NCBI GenBank assembly: GCA_976226885.1
Contig: OZ320321.1
Span: 33,790,001-33,854,000 of the forward strand
Length of the DNA stretch: 64,000 nucleotides
Source: Iphione sp. A-MEVVRFRX5
Lineage: Eukaryota
Direction of reading: 5' to 3'
Shown: one piece after another, positions 24,505-35,017 of the stretch
Position numbering within the stretch: position 1 is the first letter of the stretch
Layout of the letters: every line of letters begins with the position of its first letter
Position numbers and translations under genes: made by a program
The notes under the pieces: generated by a model
The model's database searches: none
Told to the model about the DNA's origin: nothing
The model's input: only the letters and a program-made list of their open reading frames with translations

Positions 24505-26330
24505 TCAGAATTCGCCAACCATTACTAGCAGCTCTTCAGACGGGAATACTCTCACCATGTCAGGATGCTTACTTAAATACGAATGTACTATGGCCTTAAA
24601 TTTCGGACTCTTCGCATATCTTGACATGGCGTCTGCTATCATCATGCTTGTACCTGGGATATGTGTGTACACAAAATCGACGCCGTATTTGGCCTGGGTA
24701 AACCACACTGCCCTTGCTGCGGACAACATTCTGCTGTCCCTTCCCCTGCCTGTCTTGAATACATGAATTGAAGAAAGGTTATCACAGAAAACATTATACG
24801 ACCTTGACTTCGAGCCTGGAATGAATACCCCAGCAGCTACTGCTACGTTGAATGCTTCGATTTGAGATATGTGGGCCGTACGAAGGAACCTGGGGGGTAG
24901 GCACCATGTAGTACTGCTCTCTCGTGTATGCACCCATTCCATCAATGCATGCGTCACAATAGATATGACCATCAGGACTCCCCTTAGGGAACAAGGACAC
25001 GCCATTATATGACGCGAGGAATTTAATAAACCACTCAAAATCAGCCTTGACATATGCATTGATCTCTACAGCTTTCTTATTGTCGGCCTGGGCTGCCCTA
25101 TACTCACAGAGAACCCTACCCAAAAATAGGCTGGCAATTGGGACACACCGGGATATGTGGTTAACTAACCCCATGAAGCGTTGACACTCTTTAACCGTAA
25201 TACTGCTTTTATGAAGGGCATCCTTACACTGTGTCACTGCTTTTTCTATCTTCTCTTGGGGAATGGATAGTGTCTGCTTTTCTAAGTCTACAGTGATGCC
25301 AAGCCAAGTTAGCCTCTTGGTGGGAGGGAAACACTTATGTGATGCAACCATCAGCCCAAGGCCTTGTGCGTATTCAATTGTGTGTGAGTATGCATATGTA
25401 GCTATGTGTGGTGGCGATACAAACACGTAGTCATCCAAATACGGCAAACCTGAAACACAGGGTATGTCAGACACAATCTTATCAACAATATGTTCAGAAA
25501 TAACCTGCATATAGAGAGAACTTAGTCTAGTGCCAAACGGAAGGCGTTTATCGAAGAAGTACTGTCCTTCGTATTTGATACCTAATAGTGGCCAGTCCAG
25601 GGGGGTCTGTAAGAAAGTTCCTGTAGGCTCGCTTCAAGTCTATCAACCATAACAGAACTGGTTCAAGAAAGGCATTAATAACATTGACAAGATCAAATGT
25701 GGTAGGCAATTTGAGTTTGTAAAAAATGTCAAAAAATATGTGTGGTGGAATCTGTTCATTCACACCACTGTATGCCATGTCTATGATTATGCGATGTCGA
25801 TCCTCTGAAGACTTGGGTTGAGTCGTGATGGGACTCACGACCATTGAATCAAACGGGGGGGATGCATATGGACCAGACAACGCGTCCAGCCCCAACTCCT
25901 CCTGGATGTAACTGCTGACGTGTCGACGAACACTTTGCTGGATGGGGTAATTGGGTCTTGTTGCAGCAGGCAAGCTTGGCGCCACGTAGCCCAGAGGAAA
26001 GCCAAATTTGATGCCCCCCAAGAAGAAGGCATCGTTTGGCGAGGTTGAAGGAAAAATGTGACGCCATCTGCTGTGTTCGAGCGACGACTGTAATGGAATC
26101 CTAGACTCCAGCATGTTTGGTCTGCCGGAGGCTCGTACTATGCGATAGTACAGAAGATCTGGTGACTCAAGGCTCGCCACTGGCCATGCCAGTAGCCTGG
26201 CAACAGTGACCTGGTCGAAGTAAGGCAGCTCATGTGTTAGAAATTGGTTACCTTGAAATGGGGTGTACTCAGTTGATTCATACGTCACCTCATGACAGTC
26301 AGGTTTGGTGAGCAGATGTCGGGTTACCAC
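24505..26330 (-). CDS. Reverse transcriptase - RNase H polyprotein (two +1 frameshifts in G6 runs at 25600-25605 and 24892-24897)
   Basis: IDLKRAYRN, corrected DPLDWPLLGIKYEGQYFFDKRLPFG, YLDD, LTWLGI; RNase H CDAC..G, corrected PTPRFLRTAHISQIE, CDN, ADAMSR. Removing the two bases gives one frame of 607 aa from the GTG at 26330. Confidence 0.95.
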
Positions 26331-27280
26331 TCGTAATCTCGCTTGGGCCTCTGCGTCTGCTCTGCGCTCTGCCCTGATGGCTTTATCTCGGAGGGCTTGG
26401 TCTTCTTCTTAATTCGACAGGCGTCAATTCGATGATCGAACATCTTGTTCAACATATAATAACAGATTGGACATGAATGAATCATCCTATACTTGTCAGC
26501 AACATGATAGTTTGGGAGCGTACACTTCCCGGATGCCCATGAGGGACATATTGCGATACTATCCCTAGCAATCTTCTGCTGCGACATCATACTATTGTTA
26601 TGCATAAAGGCATTGATCGATCTTGACTTCTGCTGTTGGATCTTACTGTTCTCTGTGAGCTTAAGACGTCCCAGATTGATAGCCTCCCACATCTCGCCCA
26701 CCCACTCCCTCAAGGGGGGCAAGGGAATGGATCGGGCTTCGTCCACCAGATCTATCAGGTGATCGAGGAGGGCCGGTTTTGATATACTACTGGGGCATTT
26801 CGAGTCGTTGAACATATATAAGATGCCCAGGATGTATTGGAATATGTTTAGCTTAGACAGATCTGGTTTCTCAGTGTCGCTCTGATACACGTAGGTAGCA
26901 GGTGTAAAACGTCTTGGTTTACCTTTAACCTGTAAGCTGTCTGGGTATAATGCAGAGAAGAATTCCCCTGACCTTCCCTCACCTAGTCGCCTCAATTCTC
27001 CAGGTGGAGGGAATTCCTCTGCAACGGAGTATATCTCGTCGTCATCTGCCTCGTCATCGTTGCTGCCGGTGGCACCGGCCGCTTCGGTCACGGGTGGGTG
27101 GTCACCGGTCTGGCTGGTGGACTGACCGCTCAGCCCTGACTTCGACCTGGTGACCATACCAGTCTTGCCCTTTTCGCTGATATCGAGACGGGATTCGATG
27201 TTTTTCATTCGTTGTGTCATCTCCTGTATGGCCTTCTGTATGTCTTGTAGAGAGCCTTTCTCCTGGCCCGACTTCGACAT
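26324..27280 (-). CDS. Gag-like ORF1 of the YR retrotransposon, 318 aa
   Basis: Intact ATG-to-TAA ORF 45 bp inside A1, with an N-terminal coiled-coil-like stretch and a C-terminal Cys/His cluster (CPSWASGKC..H..HSCPIC..H..C) of the type seen in DIRS/Ngaro gag. Confidence 0.88.
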   Translation of the reverse strand: MSKSGQEKGSLQDIQKAIQEMTQRMKNIESRLDISEKGKTGMVTRSKSGLSGQSTSQTGDHPPVTEAAGATGSNDDEADDDEIYSVAEEFPPPGELRRLGEGRSGEFFSALYPDSLQVKGKPRRFTPATYVYQSDTEKPDLSKLNIFQYILGILYMFNDSKCPSSISKPALLDHLIDLVDEARSIPLPPLREWVGEMWEAINLGRLKLTENSKIQQQKSRSINAFMHNNSMMSQQKIARDSIAICPSWASGKCTLPNYHVADKYRMIHSCPICYYMLNKMFDHRIDACRIKKKTKPSEIKPSGQSAEQTQRPKRDYEW

Positions 27281-27324
27281 ATTTCGGTCAGCTATCGGTC
27301 AAGGTACTAGCGGTCACAACGGTC

Positions 27325-27460
27325 AAACAAACTGCAGTCGGCGGCGGCTAACGACAGAGTGGCAGAGACCCCCCACTACAGCAGTAGGGGAGGAATGGGG
27401 CCCCCTGGTGTGTTGGACCGTAACTAGATGCCCTGCCACCGCCATCTGCAGTACCACACC
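27325..27460 (-). repeat. Split direct repeat A1 (5' terminus)
   Basis: Copy of A2, offset 4144 bp. Confidence 0.97.
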
Positions 27461-27809
27461 AACCTCCGGAAGATGTAGCACTGGTAAAAACAGTCGACGG
27501 GGCCGCGTACCCGGACCAGTTGTCCCTCAGTTTTGGAGCCGACCTTGTGCTTCTCCCTATGGTTCTCAGCTTAACCCATTTTGTTAGTCACAAGCGCCTT
27601 TGGCGCCTGCACTAGAGTGTTTGTGGTTGGAGGGGGGGGGTGTTAAAGTCCAGACTGCTTTACAACCCTTGGTTCTGCTTAACTGCACATAGAGGTGTAG
27701 TGATACACATAACTGAGAAAATAGTGGCAGAGTTTTGTTCTGGTTTCTTTTATATTCTGCTTTCTACCTTAAAACATATTTTAGTATCTATTATTCTTAA
27801 AAAGATAAA

Positions 27810-28070
27810 CAAAACAATGTAAGAGAAAAGAACTTAAGAGGTTTAGGAAGACTCTCACACTAATGAAACCTCCCTCCATAGCCGGACTACTTTCAGGCAA
27901 CGTTTTATATAGGTAGTGTAACAAGGTTATAACCAGTGGGATGCCCGATGTCTATTATGCAGCAAAAATTCAACATTTGAAAGGTCTCTATTTGTATTCG
28001 TTTCATTTGGTCTTTTTTTTTTTTTACTAATTACTAAGTGGAACTCAATCACTTTGATGGTGGCAGGACC
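27810..28070. repeat. Dispersed repeat, diverged copy also at about 37716-37900
   Basis: atgaaacctccctccatagccggactactttcaggcaacgttttatataggtagtgtaa vs atgagacctcctccccatggctgtactactttcaggcaatgttgtatagaggtagtgtaa, with flanking similarity. Confidence 0.75.
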
Positions 28071-29422
28071 TAGTTATACGACCTTAGGTTAGCTGCTCTG
28101 GTATTTTTTACGGCACATCAAGAGGATCCTCAACAATGAGTGATATTACAACGGCGAAGACATACGTTGATCCTGCTTTTGACGATCCGGGTAGGCAAGG
28201 GGTACCAACATTATTTTAAGAAACGAGGGTAGTCAGCTCCACCCAAATTATCTACTGGACTTTAGGCTGCCATTCTCAATTATGTCCATGTAGCTCAAAT
28301 ACAGACTAACAATGGCTTTTAAGGGTTCAATTTTTAAGAGTTTTACCAGTCATCTATCTTGTGTTAACTTTTGGAGAAATCAAATACATACACCTTGTCA
28401 CATGATATGTATTAGTGACTGTGAAACTTTTACTTTGTTTATTTCTGGTTTGACAATTTATATGGATATTTATTAAGGTAGAATAATTGTAGAAAAATGT
28501 GAAATGATGCATATATTCAAAAATTAAAATGCATGGAAAATGAGACGAAAATGGTTTTATGAAGTTTGACTGAAATTCAACAATTTGGTTGCCATTTTGT
28601 TTGTTTGCATTTTGTGAAGTCGAGAAATGACAGTTTATGGTCGCTGTGTCAATGCGTGCCTTTGGTAATTTCGGAATATATAATTTGGGCATGAGAACAG
28701 ATCTATGTCACTTAGAGAATCCATGACACTAGACCTAAAAGGAAAGTGGCAAATTAAACCTCATATCTGATACTGGGGAAGACGGCGTGAATGTATTAAC
28801 TTAAATCGTCATGGAGAACGTATACCCTTCACTTGCTAGTCTAAATTTTCTCAATAAAGCAGATCACGCAGAATGCTTTACTTGCTTCATTCCACGTCGT
28901 CAGACGACCAAAGACCTCATCTCACACGTATAGGGGATTCTAGATCGTAGACATATTTTTAGATAAGTAGTTTTAGAGTGGGTATTTATTAGAGACAGGA
29001 ATAAATTAAATATAGATCAACTAAGGTGCAGACTGCCATACGGAACACTATACTAATCCTTATAAGATGCAGTCACAAAAGTAACACATGTACATGGATT
29101 AGTAAATAAAATGAATTGAAATCTTCGGTAGGATCGCTTTTGAAGTTTGCCTTTTGATACAGAAATTACACTATGTCAACACATACGTGATTTCTTCGAG
29201 CAGTGCTTTTTCTTACTCAAGGTGCAGACATCTCAACAACACGGGACTGATTTTCCCTCATTTTATTACATAAATAAACATCTCAAAATATTGTCTCCGG
29301 GCAGCATATGCTTAACAATATGACAACAGCATTAACGAGAACATTTATTTAACAGCTATGAGAGAGAGAAAGTAAAATTGCTGAGACCTTGGCATTAAAT
29401 TAGACCAAAGGAATTCAATCAA

Positions 29423-29640
29423 CAAACTTGGCATAGAAATGGATCGATAGTAATGTAAGGAATCAGATCGAAAGAATTTGACAAGCAATGGTGGCAGAGA
29501 CTGAGATTCCTAATATGGTAAGGAATTTGATCAAAGGAACCTGGTCTGCAAACTTGGCATAGACTTGGATCTATAGTAATATAAGGAATTAGACAAAAAT
29601 AACTCATAAAAAAGCTGGCATAGACTGGGATCTGTGACAA
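29423..29640. repeat. Degenerate minisatellite of about 60 bp
   Basis: About four units built on tggcataga..ggat...agtaat.taaggaat. Confidence 0.65.
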
Positions 29641-30710
29641 TATATGCACATGTGTAAGCATATAGTCTCTTAAGACTTTAATGCAGATCAGTATCGGACC
29701 TGTAGCAAGGAACTGTTGTGGGGGATATCAGACGATACCCCCATTACCCCAGAGGTGAAACTCCTGGAGACCATGTCTATGCAGGCCTGTAGGCAAAAGG
29801 TTTTCTGAGGGGTATCAGACAATACCCGGATACTCCCTTGGCTACGGGCCTGAGTGTATGGTAATAGCAGGACTTGTCCAGCTGAAGTAATTTTCTTATG
29901 CATAATGGCTTTTGTGTCCAGCAAGATCAGGTTTCTTATGCAATTTCATTTTACTGTGTTCAATTCATGACATAATGTATTTCACCAGTCCTTGCTAATA
30001 AAAGCTCACACCATCAGCAAATCACATTGTGATCATCTTGTACTTTTCTGCCTGCGGATTTTAAAACATTGCGACTTCTTACAATATTAATGGAAACCTA
30101 CCAGATTGTCTTTATATATAACAATTAAATCATTTATTATCTTCTTCGAATACGAAATAAATCTCTGTTCCAACAGTCAAGCATTGAAGACTCAAATTTC
30201 TGAAGGTGAGATTTTTTTGTGGTGTACCTTGGTTATGGTGTGATTCAACAGTAGGCCATGTTTGTTATGGCGCGATGCAGCAATGACACTACACTGGTTA
30301 TCGTGTGATTCAATAAAAATGCACATTGGTTATGGTGTAACTCAACAATTGCACAGGTTGGTTATGTTCATTTGATTTTCCTTCTGCCTTTAACCAGGAA
30401 CTAGATATTCAGCTATGTTTTAGCTGTTCTTCCATATCCTCCTGGTGTAGCATACTACCATTTATTATTGAGAGTTGAGAGACCAGAATACTGAAGGTTG
30501 CCCCCTAATCTTATTCCACACAGGTTTCTGGGGTCTTTTTTCATAGGGGACAGAATCAGCTTGTGATCTGGTGTAACAATACCAGAACATGGTGTGATTC
30601 AGCAATGGTACTAATGGGCTAATTATCCTGTATCCCGTTTGCCAGATAGATGGATTTGGAGAGCATAATTGTAAAATGATTGAATTACTAATGGCTGCCA
30701 TTGTATAAAA

Positions 30711-31170
30711 TCTTGTCACCTAGGTAAAAGTGACAAAGCTAGTGTTTTTTGGTATTTGTCACCTAGGAAACAGCCATAAAGTTAGTGTCTGTTAGTATTT
30801 GTCACCTAGGAAACGGCCACAAAGCTATTGTTTCTTAACATTTGTCACCTTGGAAACCGTGACAAACTACTTTTTCTTGGTATTAGTCATCTAGGAAACA
30901 TCCACAAAGGTAGCGTCCCTTGGTCTTTGGTTCCTAGGAAACAGCCACAAAGCTTGGTTTTCTTGGGACTTTTTCATCTAGATAACAGCCAGAAAGCTAC
31001 TGTTTCTTGGTATTATTTTGTCACCTAGGAAACAGCTAAAATGCTAGTGTGTCTTGGTATTAGTCATCTAGGAAACAGCCATACCTAAGTTACCGCCACT
31101 AAGTTAGTGTTGCTTGGTCTTTGTCACCCAGTAACAGTGAAAATGCTAAGGTTTCTTGGTTTTTGTTACA
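30711..31170. repeat. Minisatellite of about 43 bp, about 11 copies
   Basis: Recurrent ggtatttgtcacctaggaaacagccacaaagctagtgtttctt with point divergence. Confidence 0.9.
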
Positions 31171-33882
31171 TTTTTATAACCGTCTATGCTTCAAAAATGA
31201 GGTAATAAATTGGTATATCGAATAATCTGTATTTGCTGCACTCATTTTGAATTGCACACTATATAAATGAGAGAAGAATTACCTTATATAAAACCCTGAA
31301 TATTTTCCTCAATGGAAGATATATTCTATAATACAAGAGGAAATACATTTCAAAATGGATTTCACTGTTGGAATGTAACAAAATAATTTCCTGTTCAGAC
31401 TAAATTACAGATTTAACTAAACTAATAGCCCATGCTGGTATCATTTTATGGGAATTGGTAAGAACTGAATTGATGATTGTTAATACAAAAAGCAACAGTC
31501 AGTTAATAAGGTTAAGGTCACAGAGCGGGTCATTTAAATCTTGGAAAATTGACAACGTTTGAACATGTATCTGGTATAGAAAATTGCAGATATCGTAAAA
31601 ATATTAGCAACACCTCACCATATGTGTGCATTGTAACTTCCGTGTACACTGTAAATTATGAGGACAATTCAATCATAAACTACACAAGGGGTGTGCTCAG
31701 CAAATTATAATTCCATTCATTTTTTTGTTTTCATGTGACTGATGCAAGCAGTATCAACAATCAACAGAACTTCTCCTCACTGAAGATAACAGCAACATTT
31801 ACAGAGAAAGCTCTCACAACAATTTCTTTTCATCATAATAAGAAACACTGTCTTTCGACAAAACTGGATACACCTGACTTGAATTTTTGAAGATTAGACT
31901 TAATGCAAAACAAATGGACACACATACACATGATAACAGTAACGGTCGAATTCGTCAAAACACTACCGCTTCAACAATAGTAAAGAACAATAAAATAGTT
32001 TAAATGTAAAATTTAGAAAGCTTCATGCTCAAAGGATAAGATCTTATCTACGCCATCTGTAGATAGTTCACTTAATACACCTATGAGTTTTCAACCTGTA
32101 TTTTAGCAGAATACTCGTGGAGTTAGCCTATGATACTATTTCTAGACCCCTCATAGATGCCTGAAATACAATTGAACTTACGCCCTCCCCCATCATAACT
32201 TTCACCTCTACTTAAGTAACAGACTTGCAACCTCTTCCATCATAATTCGATTAGAAAAAAGGGAGACATTTTGATTATGAAGTTCTATCTTTGCCTGAAC
32301 TTCAGAAATTCACGTTACGTGATAACAAACGGATGTTTTTACTTGTTACTATGGATTAACATATCATTAGATTTCAGAGTTGACTGAGATTTTCAAATGA
32401 CATCACCCTATGCCCTCATCAGTCATTACCTACCCTTTACAGATTGATAGAGGTTTAATTAAAGATTTTAGATTAATATTAATCAGACCCATGTTATTAT
32501 AAAAATGTACATAAAACACATAATATTTTCTTTTAACTCTTTAAAAGCAACAAATATTATTTTGTACTATTCTTAGAAAACAAATATCATTTAATTTTAG
32601 AGTTCGTTCTTTTGTTTATCAGTAACAAGATCTGCGTTTGGCTGGAATAATTCATTCCTAGTGCTAACGTATAGAAAACTGAGATGCCAATCAATGTAAG
32701 CTGTACAATATATCAACAAACCCTTCCAATAGACCCCCCCCCCTTTAAAGCTTAACACCCCACGGCAAGCTGAAACAATGTTGACAGATTGCTGGAGCTC
32801 ATCCTATGTATGGACTTATCTAGAAGAAAAAAATCGTAAATCATTTAAAAAGAATTCACAGTGTGCAAGTAATTTCATAGTAAATTCCACAGTAGAAAAT
32901 CTGAAAAATCACTTTAGTCAACTGCATGTAAATTTATATACAGTTGTATACTGGATAGGACGATTTTCTTTCATCTGCCATTAGATATGTTTACACTGCT
33001 GCACGTTGGTGCAGGGCCACACAAACACACGTTCATGAGTGAATGGCTGTGCTTTCTATATGTACACACAAGGAGAGTCACGCACATCAACCTCATATAT
33101 ACATAAATATACAGATGGCAACACAAACGTCCGTTTAAATGTGTTTCATATATACATATGTACTCGTACAAATCCTTATATACAATCTTTTATGAATTCA
33201 GAGGTATACCCGATCATTGACCATTTCTTAGGAAAAAGTTGCTTCCTAAACATGTGCAGTGATAAACATCGTTTAACACTCCCATATGATTTGAAGCGAA
33301 ATGCTAACATAAATAATCGAAGGTTCAAATAATTTTTGGAATACCTTTTATATTTGAAAATCTCCAGAGCAGACCCGCCTTTTCGGACGAAGTCGTAAAT
33401 AAAGTTTAATTAGTCCCATAATTTTTTTCAGAGAGATAGGTTTACATTCGATATAACAATCTCAAAAATGTTAAATGGTTCAAAGTGCTGGCTTTGATAA
33501 CCGGATACACAGGTGGCGTTTACTTCCGGGTTACCCGGGTCATCAGGCCAGGAAGGCACTTTTCCCTAGAACTGTGGACGGAAATGGCTTCACTGACTCT
33601 CACGCATCACGTGATGTTACTATATATATCCGTTGCATTTGTTAATTTGTTCTTTTTTCCCTTTCACGTTCAATGCACACCTACGTAAATCGTGTTAATA
33701 CAAGCACTCCTCTCAAATGTGCTGATTATAAGGAATTAACTGCAGTTATACCCAGTAGCTGTTGAAACTTTGAAACATTCACAGATCATGTTTGGTTCAG
33801 GTTCAGAGGATCAACCACTCAATGGTAATTGGTGAATATGAAATTGAACGACAAAATGGTCCATAAGATCCATAAGATATAA

Positions 33883-34497
33883 TGTATATATGGCGTCGCT
33901 GGAATATATAATGCTGATGAAATGAATCATCCCTGGGTTCTTTGTACTGCCTTTAGTCAGTTTGACAGGAAACTTTTGCATCGAGAACAAGCAGCAGAAT
34001 GTTTCAAACTCACCTACCCCTGCAAAAAAATGATTTTCGTGTGTAGACTGCAATGCAAACAAATACTCATCGTAATATGAAAGAGTATCCCCGAGTTCAT
34101 AGCAGGATAACATGATGGTTTTTGCAATAATGTTCAAAAAGTGCCCTCCATTTGCCATAATTGGTGTACACTGTGACTTGCTGCATGATATAAGATGTCA
34201 CATGTTCAGGGAGGACAACCAGTCGCATTGTGCCAGGCTGACAGCCGATGGTCCGACCCAAAAGAAATACGACAACCCCTTTATCCATATCGTATAGAGA
34301 GTAACACACCCGACTGGCAGATGCTGGAAACTGACGATTGGGCGATAAAGGGGATGGGTGTCTGGCGCACCTCGACGGTGAAGGGGACTGAAATTAAAGT
34401 GTCATCCTCTGTGGCACGGACCGTATATAGAAGTATATGGAACCACATTAACATCCCCAAACATATGGATGCCTTATCTTTTGCTGTGTTAGAATGA
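33883..34497 (+). pseudogene. Possible decayed intronless ORF containing a sushi/CCP-like segment
   Basis: One frame over about 205 codons with 4 internal stops; CTL*LAA*YKM..VQGGQPVALCQADSRWSDP resembles CxFxCxxGYxL.G....CxxxGxWS. Weak. Confidence 0.25.
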
Positions 34498-34957
34498 CAA
34501 AAAAGAAACGTGGCAGTAATTTGACGACGCCTGTCTACATTGCCTCTCGTAAAACCCCTGCAGAAACACTCGCCGAACGGGATCTCACTTGTAACGCATG
34601 TTCTCGACATAAGAATCTCCAGTCTCGCCGTGGGGGAAATGCCATAATACAGTTTTGTGCACCTTTAATGGATTGAAGGTTCCTCCTTCTCGGTTTTGTG
34701 CTTGGACGTTACAGTTAGGGCTCAGCAGTTGTAGTTTGGTAATGATTGAAAGCCCTGATGGTAGGTGTCGCGCTGAGTGGGGGGTGTCCACCACGATGTA
34801 AAAATGGTCGGTGTGGTGGTGGTAGTGGTGGTGGCATAATGTATGGAAGAAGCAGCATCAATGCCTGCATGTAGCACCGGGATAATGAGTGACGTGACGT
34901 GATTTCTTCTTCAGTAAAACATAGTCAGCGAAAGCCACTGCAAGAAAAGACAAGCGA

Positions 34958-35017
34958 TCATAAGCAGGAGTCGGCGGAACCGGCCTCATCCACGAGGAAC
35001 ATGGCGCAGATAGTCCA
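34958..35017 (-). CDS. Calpain last coding exon
   Basis: gtgtccttcag|TGG; [19 protein letters not shown] then TGA. Confidence 0.85.
   Translation of the reverse strand, partial: WTICAMFLVDEAGSADSCL

Larger units (their letters stand above)
22832..27460 (-). mobile_element. Tyrosine-recombinase retrotransposon with split direct repeats (Ngaro/PAT-type, DIRS order), 4629 bp, apparently full length
   Basis: Order on the minus strand: A1 (27460-27325), gag, RT-RNaseH, YR, B1 (23519-23316), A2 (23316-23181), 141-bp spacer, B2 (23039-22836). No methyltransferase ORF and no terminal inverted repeats. Confidence 0.95.

Noticed and set aside
30228-31170. Repeat-spacer-like arrays (ggttatggtgtgattcaaca units; 43-bp units) as CRISPR
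   Set aside because: The inter-repeat parts are homologous to each other and the repeats are degenerate; eukaryotic context with no cas genes. These are minisatellites.
32385-32430. CTGATGA..GAAA hammerhead-like core (also CTGATGA at 5877, 46527, 47844)
   Set aside because: No proper stems II/III or cleavage triplet; the 46527 hit lies within a calpain exon.
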